A stretch of 59,747 nt of DNA, filler included, from Basidiobolus ranarum (taxonomy: Eukaryota): the NCBI GenBank assembly GCA_040143965.1. It is 7 parts of 7 records of this genome, joined end to end, with 100 filler letters (N's around TTAATTAATTAA, not from the genome) between each part and the next. Parts side by side here need not be neighbours in the genome. Positions count along the whole stretch, not along the records: positions 25,688 to 34,136 come from JASJQH010000967.1; positions 34,237 to 42,681 come from JASJQH010000968.1; 5 more parts are not named here. The stretch is one strand, 5' to 3'. How positions within the stretch are numbered: position 1 is the stretch's first letter; each line of letters opens with the position of its first letter. The notes under the pieces were generated by a model. The model worked only from the letters and a program-made list of their open reading frames with translations, did no database searches and was not told where the DNA came from. The position numbers and the translations under genes were made by a program. This document shows, piece by piece, positions 26,870-38,247 of this stretch.

Positions 26870-29200
26870 AACAAAAATCAATTTGATTTGGATAGGATCA
26901 ACCCTTCTTAATCTCAAAATCATTAGAGAACTGTCATGATATCAGTGGTTTGCATTCTGCCAGGGATTTTTACAATGTGATGGCATCATTTTGATAGTAT
27001 CTTGATGGAATTCAAAGATGTTAAAATATTGAACCACATATATAGCATGCATTATTATATTTCCATCAATTTTTGAAAAAATTTAATTTTTGAATGGCAA
27101 ATTACTGGGTTTATTGCTGCAGGAATCTGAATTAGTATACATGCCTTTATTGAGATTTTTTGGATTTGTATTCCATCCATAATGAGAATCAAAAAATACA
27201 ACAATCTTGTTGTGTTTAGTCTCTACAGATGCACATACTTGACTGATCAGACATAACTATGCAACATCAATATGCTTTACCAACAAACTAACGGTGGAAA
27301 AAAAACATCAGATATTTTGAATAGCACCAACACTTAGCAAATAGTTGACTCTTGTTACCAATCACAATGAGTATAAGCTCTTGGATTTTGGCAAATTTCT
27401 GTATAGAATTCAGCCAATACATCCATAACTTGCAGTCAACAAATGTCCTACCACAAGTAGATGTGTCATTGCTTCAATAGATTATCCCATTGCTAAAACA
27501 ATAATACTGTGTTTCTTGATCTAAGAAGTCTGTCTTGCAGCTTTCCTAGTAATACCATCAAAGGATCACACAAACAAATTAGTGCAAATAATAGAGGTAC
27601 TTACTTTGTGTCCATGGATTGGGCTTTGTTGCCATTATTGTGCTCAAACAATGTAAAAACCCATGAGCACATTGAACAGAGACCGTTGTTGCAAGGCTAA
27701 TACATATTGGAGTCTCCTTAACCCATTCATTATATCCATCACTGATTTTGCTAATACATTTTTAATCAGAGTAGCATAATGCAAGACTAACAATTTCACA
27801 TAGAGCATTATTTTGCCACAGGTGCACTCCATTGGGAACTCCCAGAAGGTATAGCAAGTGCCTATAATCTCCAAGCATTGAGAAAGATGCAGCATGGAAT
27901 GTATTGAATACTTGCATAGATTCAGTCTATCTTCTTTAAACCCATGCTAAAGTTTTTCACATCCAATTACAAAATCTTTGCATAGTTGCTGTATCAGCCT
28001 GAGATCTGCCAGTGTGAGTTGATGACACAAGAATATATTAAAAATGCTGACAAATAACTCCCAATGTTGCCAATACAGATCAGGCAGAAATCATTTCAAG
28101 ATTTCACTTTATTATACACAAATCCAATACTTCCAGTCCTTACATTTGAATATATGCCCAGACAAGTGGATAGTGATGGGAGTCCTAGTAAATTATGATG
28201 GTATCCTGATATTTTCAAGCAGTATCCCAATCAATTCAAACTTTGAACCCCTCTTCAAAGGCACACTCATATTGAATTTTCCACTATATAGCTGAGTTAG
28301 TAGTTTTGGAATTGTTTTGAATACCAAGTGTATAGTGCCTGATGGGAAACTTTGGCTCCAGCAGATGCCCTTGTACAATATAATCTTGGGCTTATAGCTA
28401 ATACCAAGTTTGACGTTAGACTGTCTACTTTGTGAATTGATATCAGTGATCATGTTGAAGTTTGACTGGGCTCTTGACAGTAAAAGCATGGAGTTTAGTT
28501 TTGTATTTGGATAGTAGTAATGGGTATGCCTGATTGAGTAGACTCCAATGATTTGACAAAATCTACAGCAAGAGAGTGCATTGTGCCAGCAAAAACCTGC
28601 AAGTTTACTGATGGCAGGAGTGTAACCAATACATACAATGGTATTAGCTTTACTAAAATATTCAGCCATCTGAACCCCTTTAGATAACTGTTCAAGTTAC
28701 ATGATCAAAGGCTCCAAGAAGCTATTTAGAAGTACTGGTGATTTGGGGCCAGAAATGATGGATAGTATCAAAATATCATGACTCTTATACCATTCAGAAG
28801 GAGGAAGATTTAAGTTATTCCAAATTATTGGCCGGCAAGCCTTCCCAAAGGTACATTTGTTCAGTTCAAAACCATCCAGAGCCACAGCAAATGAATGCTT
28901 GGATGTGTTCTCAAACAAACCTTGACTTTTCAGAATCCGGTAGTGATATCCATCAAGTATTGTTGTAATGTCATCAGCATTACAGTGAGTACTTGGGTAT
29001 TGGATCAATGATCTATATTTGGGTGATTTCATTAAAACTTTAAGACAGGGAATTAACTGTAAGTTAGCCAAATATGAAAAATATTAACCTGATTCAGTGA
29101 TTACCATTTGTGTGCAAACAGTACATGACTTCAGGCTTTTCAGATCACCGGTGAAACCCAAACAACCATTTGGAAATGAAGGATGCTAAATTACTGAAGA
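26870..29200 (-). mobile_element. Degenerate CACTA/En-Spm-like (Tnp2/Transposase_21) transposase relic
   Basis: Fragments ALDGF...PIIWNNLNLPPSEWYK..ILILSIISGPKSP..LNSFLEPL, GYTPAISKLAGFCWHNALSCCRFC and SFPSGTIHLVF resemble Tnp2-family motifs. Many stops and frameshifts; homologous copy at 41653-42681. Boundaries approximate. Confidence 0.75.
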
Positions 29201-29999
29201 ATTATAAGTCATAAAATTGACAAGTATTTTCCATTTGTTCCAGGTCTGTGGCAAAAGTGTAAGAAAACCAATAAACACCTGGTTGCTAAGATTGGATTTG
29301 ACTCCCCACTCCTCCATAATCAAAGCTGCTTCCTTTACAGTAAGTGTTACAAGTGGACTAATGCTTGCCAATAACAAAGAGTCCATAACAAAACCATTGT
29401 CTTCTTCCTCAACTTGTGCTGCACTACCATTGGTACTGGAATAACCATCAGCAATATCTAGCAGCAAGTCCTCAAAGTTGTCTGGACTTACTGGTTTGAC
29501 CAAAGTTGCCATTCTATCTACATTATTCAGATCATATAACTGTGTTAACTCCATGGTATCTTGACTTTTGGCAATTTTACCAAAACTTTGAGGCAAAGTA
29601 CTGTAGGTGGACTTAGTGGGCAAAACTAAAGTTGACTTTGTGCACTTATTATTGTCGTTAATCACCAGGCTTTGTGCAGCTGGTGGCTTTGTACAATGAC
29701 CATGCTTGCAATTGTCTTTTCTATGAAGCCTCCGGCTTTCATAACATATGATTATGTGATAATACAAGCAGGGCTTCTTTAAACATTTGTGTTCAGGCAT
29801 AAGAAGGATATTGTAGAAAAAAGAACACCTCATACTTAAAGGTTGTATTTCAGGTATAGCCCATCAATTTCATCAGCTGATTCTGAGATGGTGTCACCAA
29901 TGAGTCATCAGGGGATTTACAAGATATTTCTGGTAATGGCTGGCAATTTTGGTATTTTATAAAATTTTTCCAAGTAATTTTTGTTTTGTCAAAAACCAG

Positions 30000-32900
30000 C
30001 AAGAATAGAGGACTTAATTGATGACCAGTCTAGCAATCCACTATTCACTTTGAAAGGCATCAACATGCCAGAAACTTACTCAAGTACTGATGAAGCATTA
30101 ATTAATTAACCAGCTGTGTTCCTTTACAGTAATAGTGCAAGTGAAGAGATTGTAATGCCTCAATTACATAGTAAATCAATAGTTGAGCAAAGTTCAAACA
30201 AAACATCATGAAGACCATCAACTTCCAAAATAGCTACTTTACTCACTTTTGAATCAACCTCCAGAGAACATTTGGAAAGATTTATTACAACAAGGAATTG
30301 CAGGCAGAACACTGTAATGATTTGTATTCAATCATAAGTAAAAACTACAAAGTTGCTATACAGGCCATGACAACCAGTAATGCCACACTATCGAATTAAT
30401 GTGGCATTTGGAAGCAACTAGTCAATAGTTAGAGAGTAACTCAACAATGATACAAGAGCTTCAGAATGCTGTACTTGAGCTATAGCAACATGCTGCTCTC
30501 TCCATCCATTCTCATATGCAATTTGAATCAACCCACGTCATATATATGAATGTAACTGTGATAATCTAGCAGAGCGGAATATGTGTTGGACTATTAAGCC
30601 TACACAACAGCCCAAATTGCTTAGGCTCATGAGAGTAGAAACTCATAGGAAAGCTGGCAAACCAAAAGACTCTGAATGTCAGAGCTGCCATCACTTGCTA
30701 TGATGCTCAGTGGTTGAACATTTTGGAAACTGTGTGAAATCATGCCCCAAATCACCTGGATTTGAGCCAATTGTGGGAAAATCAAAAACCAGGCATTACT
30801 CTGAAGGTTCTTAACTTATTTCATGTGGCTTATCCTGGGTAAGAAAAGCCACTAAAGAAGTACTCAAGGAGCAGGAAGCTAGTAAACCAAAGGGAAAAGC
30901 CAAGGAGCTTGTGAGTTTAGGCTCTACTGGCCCACTCACCAAATTCTTCGCACCTTTACAAAGATCTGCACTTCCAGAGTCAGATTTACTGGCAAAAAAG
31001 CTTAACCTGACTATAGTATCAGGTACACTGGTTGGAAGAGTGCTTAATTCAGAAGTTTATCCAAGACCTGGCTCCTCTCAACAAGCCAAAACACCAGCAA
31101 ATAAAACTCATAGCTCTCTAACCTCAGATAGTACTTTTCAAAGTGTTCAAATCAGCCCCAAGCTTAAAGGCAAGCAAAGAGCACCACAAACACTGCAAAG
31201 CACCCACAGTAGTGTCACACTACAATAATCTATGAAGATAATAAAAGTGCTAGAGGAGTATTTTCAAAAGTATGATGGGAAAAATGCAGTGCAAGTATGC
31301 GGAAAGTGGCTTCAGAAGAAGAACATTTGACTTGACATTCAGTCTGGTGTTGACCATGCAGATATCTGCAAAGAACTTAATACAGAGTAGCACAATATTA
31401 CAGGGTATCCACCAGGTAGCTGGAAGAATGTTGATTCAGCAATGTTAATACAATGGACTTGTTCCCTGCAACATTAATACAATGGTGGGATTTGATGGAG
31501 ATATTAATACAAACACATGTTGCATATGAGCTAAACCTTGGGTATGAAGAACTCTATAAAAATATTCAGGAGAATATATCAAAGAAACTGCGATTTTGAA
31601 GGTGGCAAATTAGCATTGAAGTAGTAAATGTGTAAAATTGGAGTACATTTTTTTCACAAGTGTTGATCCATAGTTTGCTGAGATTGTAGCTAATAATGTG
31701 CAACTATTTTACAAGAACTTGAAATTTCACTACTTCCAAAATTTTGCATGTGCAGTTAAATGAAGGTGTAGGTGGCATAAAGCAGTGCATGCCTAATGAT
31801 TTACAGATGCCTAGGTATCTACCATCAATTCTTGCTTGGATATATGTGAGTTAAGAATGAACTTGACAGAAGCTTGGGAAGGGGACATCAGACAAAAGTG
31901 AAAGCAACTTTCAACTCAGCTTTGGAGAGAATACTACATCTTGATGCCTTCAGAAGTCCACAAGAAGATATACAATAAGACTCATGAGGATTGAAAGCAT
32001 ATAATTGAGAAATAGGAATTTTGATTTTTAGTCTGTGAAGTCACAATTGCAATTACCTTTTTGCTTGTATGGACTGGAAGATACCTTTGCGGCCTCAGCT
32101 TTGGAGACAAAGGATGTTCTAGATAGATAGCTACTGCTGCTAATTAAGAATTTGCAGCACCTGCTGATGGAGATTGCCAAGTTCAAAACATTGTTTCAGG
32201 ACACTATGGCAAGAGTAATCAACAGAAGTTTAAAGGGAAAAGAAAGACAATTTGTTGATTCAAAAGATACTCCCAAAGGCAAATTGGACTAGTCCAGACC
32301 ATTGCACAGACATGCTAGATGACTCCAAATCAAAGAGACTGCTGACAAGATATCTATATCAGAAGAGGAATCTACACAACTCACCACTAGATTTGATGTA
32401 GCACCTCTAACAAGGGAAAGAGGCCAAGCAGTTAGTTCATCAGCTAGTACTGCACATCAACAGGAACACCAGCTTAGAAGAGGCTATGATGTTCCTCCCA
32501 TTTTATATGAAGAGCCAGCAATTGATGAAGAACCAGAGACAGGAGGGCCTGTATTCTCATGCTTCATTGAGCACAATTTACCAGATTTAACCAAACCAAT
32601 CAGTGAGCTTTTACATTGAAATAAGTGTAAGCTCCAAAGAGCATGCCACCAGACAGACATACTGGTTTAATGCACACTACTACACAACAGCAACAGAGGC
32701 TAACTGCAAGAATTATTGTACCTTGCACTTTGTTGGATGAAAATCTGACACCTGACCCAATCTATTAAGGCAGCAATCCATGACAATGCTTACCCCCACA
32801 AGACTAAGACATTGGGTGTTTGAGAGAGATAGTAAAGCTCTTACTGAGCTTGAAGAAGCCACTGCAGACAAACACAAAACTCAAGGTGGACAATATGTTC

Positions 32901-33300
32901 CAACTCCTTCCACCATCCAACAGAAGTCACAGCATCTAATCAAAAGAGATGAAGCTTCTATTTTGGTTGAAAAGGCAAAAACTGCCAAACAAAAACCTGA
33001 AGTAAGATATTCCAGGTTGATACATAGAACTGTACACCAGCAGCAATGGCTGGTTGACCTATTAAGTAAAGGCTACACATCTGAAGAAGAGACTGTGGAC
33101 ACATATAAACTACAAACTAGACTGGATAAGCCAACACATACCACAACACATTGACCTCAAATCACAACTCATGCTGGCCAAGGTAGAGAAGCCTCAGCAA
33201 GATCAAACTGTCCAACTCAGCACAGAGGTTCAAGCAAAGTTCCTTCTGTGGAAATATCAAGGAGACAACAAAAATAACAGAAGTGAATCAGCATGTACGT
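30000..33300 (+). pseudogene. Decayed transposon-derived ORF remnants, possibly gag-like
   Basis: CpG-poor, coding-like stretches broken by stops; a frameshifted Cys/His knuckle-like remnant near 30690-30750; segment RLRHWVFERDSKALTELEEA. Family unassigned. Confidence 0.35.
31596..31735 (+). repeat. Dispersed repeat shared with 43348-43488
   Basis: gaaggtggcaaattagcatt..aaatgtgtaaaatt..tgttgatccatagttt..tgtgcaac..aaatttcact is present in both contigs. Confidence 0.75.
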
Positions 33301-33886
33301 TGATATGGATTGCCATTAAATAAAGCAAAAATTGCTATATTACATCATATTTGCTTATGTTTTTATAAAACACTAATAGCGTGACATTGTCATATATCAA
33401 AAAAATAAATGACAGCCAATTAATACAAGCAATTTCACTACATTTAAATGAAGAATGTCTGTCAATAAAAAGCTTGTGTAGCCATATTGGCTCAATATGG
33501 CTCCATCCATTTGCATCCTCACCCAATTAGAAGCTTACATGATTGAAAGAATAACTTGCTGATGTAAAGTGATGACTCAAGTAATCCTGATCAATACTAT
33601 CATAGTGCAGATCAATCAATCATAACTGCTGTGATTTGTCACCAGCGAGGCAAGACTACAGGTGTCTCATAATGCAGGAGCTGTTAGGCCCAATTGAAGA
33701 TCAGAATATTGTGTGAGTGAGAGACAAGTGATTGGCCTCAAAGCATATGTAAGTCTGGGTTATACATTTGATTGGGTAACCTACAATATAAATTTTGCAT
33801 TGGTACACATTTAATAATTGGCAAGTCATAAAAACATTGGTTATAGCACAGGTAGACATTTCTTTAACAGCTTAATTGGGACTCAT

Positions 33887-34136
33887 TGTTGAAATTAGGT
33901 AAATAGCAACTCATTATTTAGTAGTAAGTTTATTCATATTCTGATTATTTAGCACTCAATTCTGTTATTCAAAAACGTGTGTTTATTGCTCTAATTGATA
34001 GAAATATCAATTAGATCACTTTTATCAATTTTCACTATTTTCTCAAAACTTCTCCAAATCACCTCAAATTTTCACCCATGCTTAACAGGCATGTTTGTTA
34101 TGATCTAAGCATGCCCAATAGTCCTATTTCATAGTA
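33887..34136 (+). mobile_element. LTR family B copy, truncated by the contig end
   Basis: About 9 substitutions in 250 nt (by eye) against the reverse complement of 26236-26485. Confidence 0.9.
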
Positions 34137-34236
34137 NNNNNNNNNNNNNNNNNNNNNNNNNNNNNNNNNNNNNNNNNNNNTTAATTAATTAANNNNNNNN
34201 NNNNNNNNNNNNNNNNNNNNNNNNNNNNNNNNNNNN
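34137..34236. other. Artificial contig linker
   Basis: N44-TTAATTAATTAA-N44. Confidence 0.98.
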
Positions 34237-34806
34237 GTATACTAGTGGAGAATTGTGACGCTTCTCAATTTCATCTACATGTGGGCCGTTGTGTCGCTTT
34301 TCAACACTGTCTATATGTGGACCATTGTGGCGCTTCTCTACATTAGCAATGTGTGGGCCGTTGTGTCGTTTCTCAATGCTGTTAACGTGTGGACCATTGT
34401 GACGCTTTTCAACATCGACGATATGAGGTCCATTATGACGCTTTTCAACATTAGCTATGTGAGGGCCGTTGTGTCGCTTTTCAACATTGATTACATGAGG
34501 ACCATTATGACGCTTCTCAACATTAGCTATGTGAGGTCCGTTGTGTCGCTTTTCAATACTGTTTACGTGCGGGCCATTGTGGCGTTTCTCTACATCAGCG
34601 ATATGTGGACCATTATGGCGTTTTTCAACGCTGTTAACATGTGGGCCATTGTGGCGTTTTTCCAAATCAGCAATTCTCACTCCATTGAACCTCTTTCCTC
34701 CAACAATTCTTCTTGGTAGAATTTGTGACTCGGCTTCCACACCAGTACCTGCTAAGGCTAATGAAACTAAAGCCAAGACAGTTAAGCTGAAAGAATTAAA
34801 ACGCAT
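34237..34806 (-). CDS. Secreted Kex2-processed repeat protein (KEP / peptide precursor), 3'-truncated
   Basis: Signal peptide MRFNSFSLTVLALVSLALA, pro-region ending in KR, then 11 complete 12-aa units HNGPH[IV]xx[VI]EKR, flanked by degenerate FNGVRIADLEKR and HNSPLVY at the contig edge. Confidence 0.9.
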
Positions 34807-34938
34807 ATTGTTGTGAGGTTGCTAAAAAGATTATGAGATATTTTGGGATTGAAAAGATATCTTCACTTGATGAGTAAGATTGGAGTTTTTGAAGTAATTG
34901 AAAGGTGAACTGATTTAAAAGTTTCTTCCAGCTCATCA

Positions 34939-34947
34939 CTTTATATA
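34939..34947 (-). promoter_or_regulatory. Candidate TATA box of the KEP gene
   Basis: TATATAAAG on the minus strand about 135 nt upstream of the ATG at 34806. Confidence 0.45.
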
Positions 34948-35589
34948 GTGATGGAAAGGTCTTTGAGTGGAGCCTACATATCCTTGTAGAAGTGGTACAG
35001 TAGCCATCGATTCAATTCAATCGATGTCTGCGTGTTTTTATTGTTGACCACGAGTTGATTGAGACTTTACTCTCTTATGCAGCTCCTGTCACAACCCCTA
35101 GTTTTTGATGTCGATCATGTATATATAATTCTACCTAAATACTACTGTAAACACCTTGCACATCTTACATATGAGTTGGTATGGGACTTGTTACAGTACC
35201 CACCGAAATCTGCAGTAGCAATAACACTTGATTTATTCGTAGTATTATTCAAGCCAAGCTTATCCATAGTTCATGTATCCCAAGAGGAAAGCAATATGTA
35301 AATTTGCGAATCCAGTCATAGTGACGATTATTACGTGTCAGAAAGGAGAATTACCATTCTATAAGAGTAACATTGAAAGGTAAATTACCAAGTGACCTGT
35401 TATTGCGTCAATGAGCGTAGTAACATAAATTTTCAATCAACTGATAGGTTAATTCGTTCCCTTTTTTGGTTCTTTTTCGATCCCTTTTATTACTTTATTG
35501 TTCATAGAAAACATACCAAGCATAGAAAAGAGACAAATTCAATCAACTCGAACTCAACCATGGGATCGGGTTGGTTTCAGCCGAAGCGT

Positions 35590-36141
35590 TCACTCAAATC
35601 GAACGTCCGTAAGTCCATAGTATACGTCGTCCCACGGATATACCCAAGAGTAGGCTGGCCCTTTACTGTAATAGAGAACATAGTGAGTATCAAGAAGGTT
35701 GTCTTTGAAAGCAACCATAGTTAAGTTACCTAAGCACATTTCCGTATACTGCAATGAAATATCCCGTCTTCATCTCCTTCGTAAATACGGGTACTCTCCA
35801 GGGAATTTTATATTTTAGGCCTTCGGCTTTGATCGAATTGGTGTGTCCAATGGTGGCAATTTTACGGGAGGATCCCGCCTGAATGGTATTAAGGGACCAG
35901 AGTTCAGCGGTAAAGCTCATGAAACCCATATCCTTTGGTATTTTCCAAACCACGTCGATTTTCTGACCCATCTTCAACGTCTCACCTTGCTTCGGGTTCA
36001 AGATGGTGACGATCTATGCAGAGATTAATAGTGAGAACAACCAACAAAGTAGAGATTTTAACGAACCTTTCGATCTTGGCAAGACACCACGCATAGGGTA
36101 AACAGTAGGAACGTCAAGTGGAAAAGGCCTGTAAACTTCAT
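35590..36141 (-). CDS. Small secreted beta-rich protein, possibly a Kre9/Knh1 N-terminal Ig-like fold (3 exons)
   Basis: Spliced: MKFTGLFHLTFLLFTLCVVSCQDRK|IVTILNPKQGETLKMGQKIDVVWK...YKIPWRVP..GYFIAVYGNVLS|KGPAYSWVYPWDDVYYGLTDVRFE. Signal peptide plus a P..G.....G....V.W pattern. Confidence 0.65.
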
Positions 36142-36588
36142 ATTGCTCTGACCTTCACCTCTCTTGCTGCACCCTTTTATACGTTCCACTCATGGCCTTG
36201 GCTAGAATCCGCTGATCATTGCTGTTTATTTGGCTTTGGATTGTCATGGATGACTCTCTGAAACTTACAAACACGTTCACGTCATAAGATACATCCTATT
36301 TTGGAGATTCACTTTAACGTAAATTTATAAATACCTGCCATGACCCGACATAGACGAATCCACCAATAATTTTTCATTTAGCCTTCGGAATAGATATTGT
36401 GGGGGAAGGTCAAGTCATGAAAATTTTTCTCTTTCACAATAAGTAGATTCCTAATCGAGGGTCCCTACAGAATCTAGTTAAAATTTGGGGGGTAGGGTAG
36501 GGAAGTGAAATATTTCATGATAAGTTGAGATAAAGAAGTTTCTTGTATCTAGTCAACCTCTACATTCTATTGACACACTTCCACAAAC

Positions 36589-36981
36589 ATGAGTGACTAC
36601 GCCAGTGATTTTTCCATGCCTTCCAGCGGTGCCGGTAAGAAGCAACAAGTTATGGAGCAAGTTAGAAGTGAGTTAGCTTTAGCTAATGCTCAAGAACTTA
36701 TCAACGTAAGTCCATATATTTCCACTTGGTTATTCCCGTTTTATTGAACTGGTTTCTTTGAGTTAAAAATATTCCTTTACTTATTATTATGGTTTATGTA
36801 GAAAATGAACGATAAATGTTTCGCCAAGTGTGTTCCCAAGCCTGGTTCTCGTCTTGATAATGGTGAACAAGCATGCATCTCCAAATGTATGGATCGTTAC
36901 ATGGAGGCCTGGAATACTGTTTCTCGTGCTTACATTTCACGTGTTCAACGTGAATCTCAAAACATGCAAGGTTCTCTTTAA
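36589..36981 (+). CDS. TIM13: Mitochondrial small Tim chaperone Tim13 (intron 36706-36801)
   Basis: Not in the ORF track. VMEQVRSELALANAQELIN|KMNDKCFAKCVPKPGSRLDNGEQACISKCMDRYMEAWNTVSRAY has the twin CX3C motif. Confidence 0.95.
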
Positions 36982-37464
36982 TTCATCCACTTCAAGTGAC
37001 ATAAGCAATAAACACATTTCATTAGATTGGTTAAGTGAAGTTTCTTTCTTACTTTCTTTCCTCTTTGAAAGCTCAGAATTTCTTACTATGATTTCCCGAA
37101 TATGTTATACCAAACCAATGGTACTTTATGTTTGAATATTCGTAACGATATTGGCTCTATGTTCACTTGAAATACCTAATTTGATATAGGTGAACTAACT
37201 GGTATATTTAGTAGTTTATCTTGAATAAGAGAAGTTTTCTTTCGGAATATATTCCAATCGTTTCATGAATATTACCTTGAATCTAAAAATTCACTCAATT
37301 TTTATAACTGCGATGATACTATCATGATATAGAAGTGAGCTAATACCACTCTGTAGAGATAGAAACAGTAGTTAGTCATGGTGAATTCAGTAGATTCAAA
37401 TTTGTATCAAAGTCAAAAAGTAATTTTAATGATCTAGCTATTGTGACTATGGTAGAGTACTTTT

Positions 37465-37745
37465 TGTTGAGAATGACTTAGTTTAAGCACATATATAGTC
37501 CTATAGTTAGCTACCTAAATTTCATTGCAATTATTTAATATCTTCATTTACTGAAAATATTAAGACAAACTAGGAAGTTCTCAAACTTGTCCAAGAGACC
37601 AAAAACTTTGTACTCTACATGTTAGTTTGTCTACTTCTTGACAAAAGTATCAATATTAACATAAACTCAATAAATCATCAAGTAACAACCACCAAGTCTT
37701 CTGGTTCTCCAAGTCACTTCCAACAACTCCCAAAATACTTCAACA
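37465..37745 (+). mobile_element. Diverged LTR related to family A
   Basis: TGTTGAG...TTCAACA termini; reverse-complement similarity to the gggagcctgttggaagtg..ttggtggtt..gatttattgag segment. Confidence 0.6.
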
Positions 37746-37781
37746 CTCTAACCATTCGAGTTTACATTCAATTCAATTAGG

Positions 37782-37868
37782 AATTTCAGTATTTAATTAC
37801 TATTTAGATAGGTTCTTCATATATTTCAGTATTTAGTTACTATTTATATAGGTTCTTCATATATTTCA
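37782..37868. repeat. Short tandem duplication (~40-bp unit, 2 copies)
   Basis: atttcagtattta.ttactattta.ataggttcttcatat occurs twice. Confidence 0.8.
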
Positions 37869-38247
37869 ATTTATAACTGTGATATATGAATATAGAGAAC
37901 TGCTTGGTGTTAGAAAAACTTATGTCTTCTGTCAATAGTTTGTGTATATGCTGAAGAACAAACATGTGCTTAATATAAGATGGTTTAATGAACCAGACAT
38001 ACAAACGAGACATTTACAAGATATAGACGGGTGATTACAGGTGGGTTAAGGGGATGGTGGTTGACCTAGCAACATATCCAAGGAGAGATAGCATAAGAAG
38101 GGAAGCAGTCATCTCGGGAATTTCCAAATCAGTGAGTATATAACAGCGGGATCTATTTCAAGTGTGCCAAGGGAATTGTGAATTATGCTCAAAGAATGAC
38201 AGCAATGGAAGAAGTATCAGAAACGCCCACCCATCAACCATATCCAA

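Noticed and set aside
34255-34816. Hydrophobic repeat ORFs on the plus strand (34255-34719, 34541-34816) and a CRISPR-like 36-nt periodicity
   Set aside because: Antisense shadows of the KEP coding repeat. There are no unique spacers, and variation is synonymous in the minus-strand frame.
36830-37135. 101-aa ORF
   Set aside because: Out-of-frame overlap of TIM13 exon 2 and its 3' UTR.
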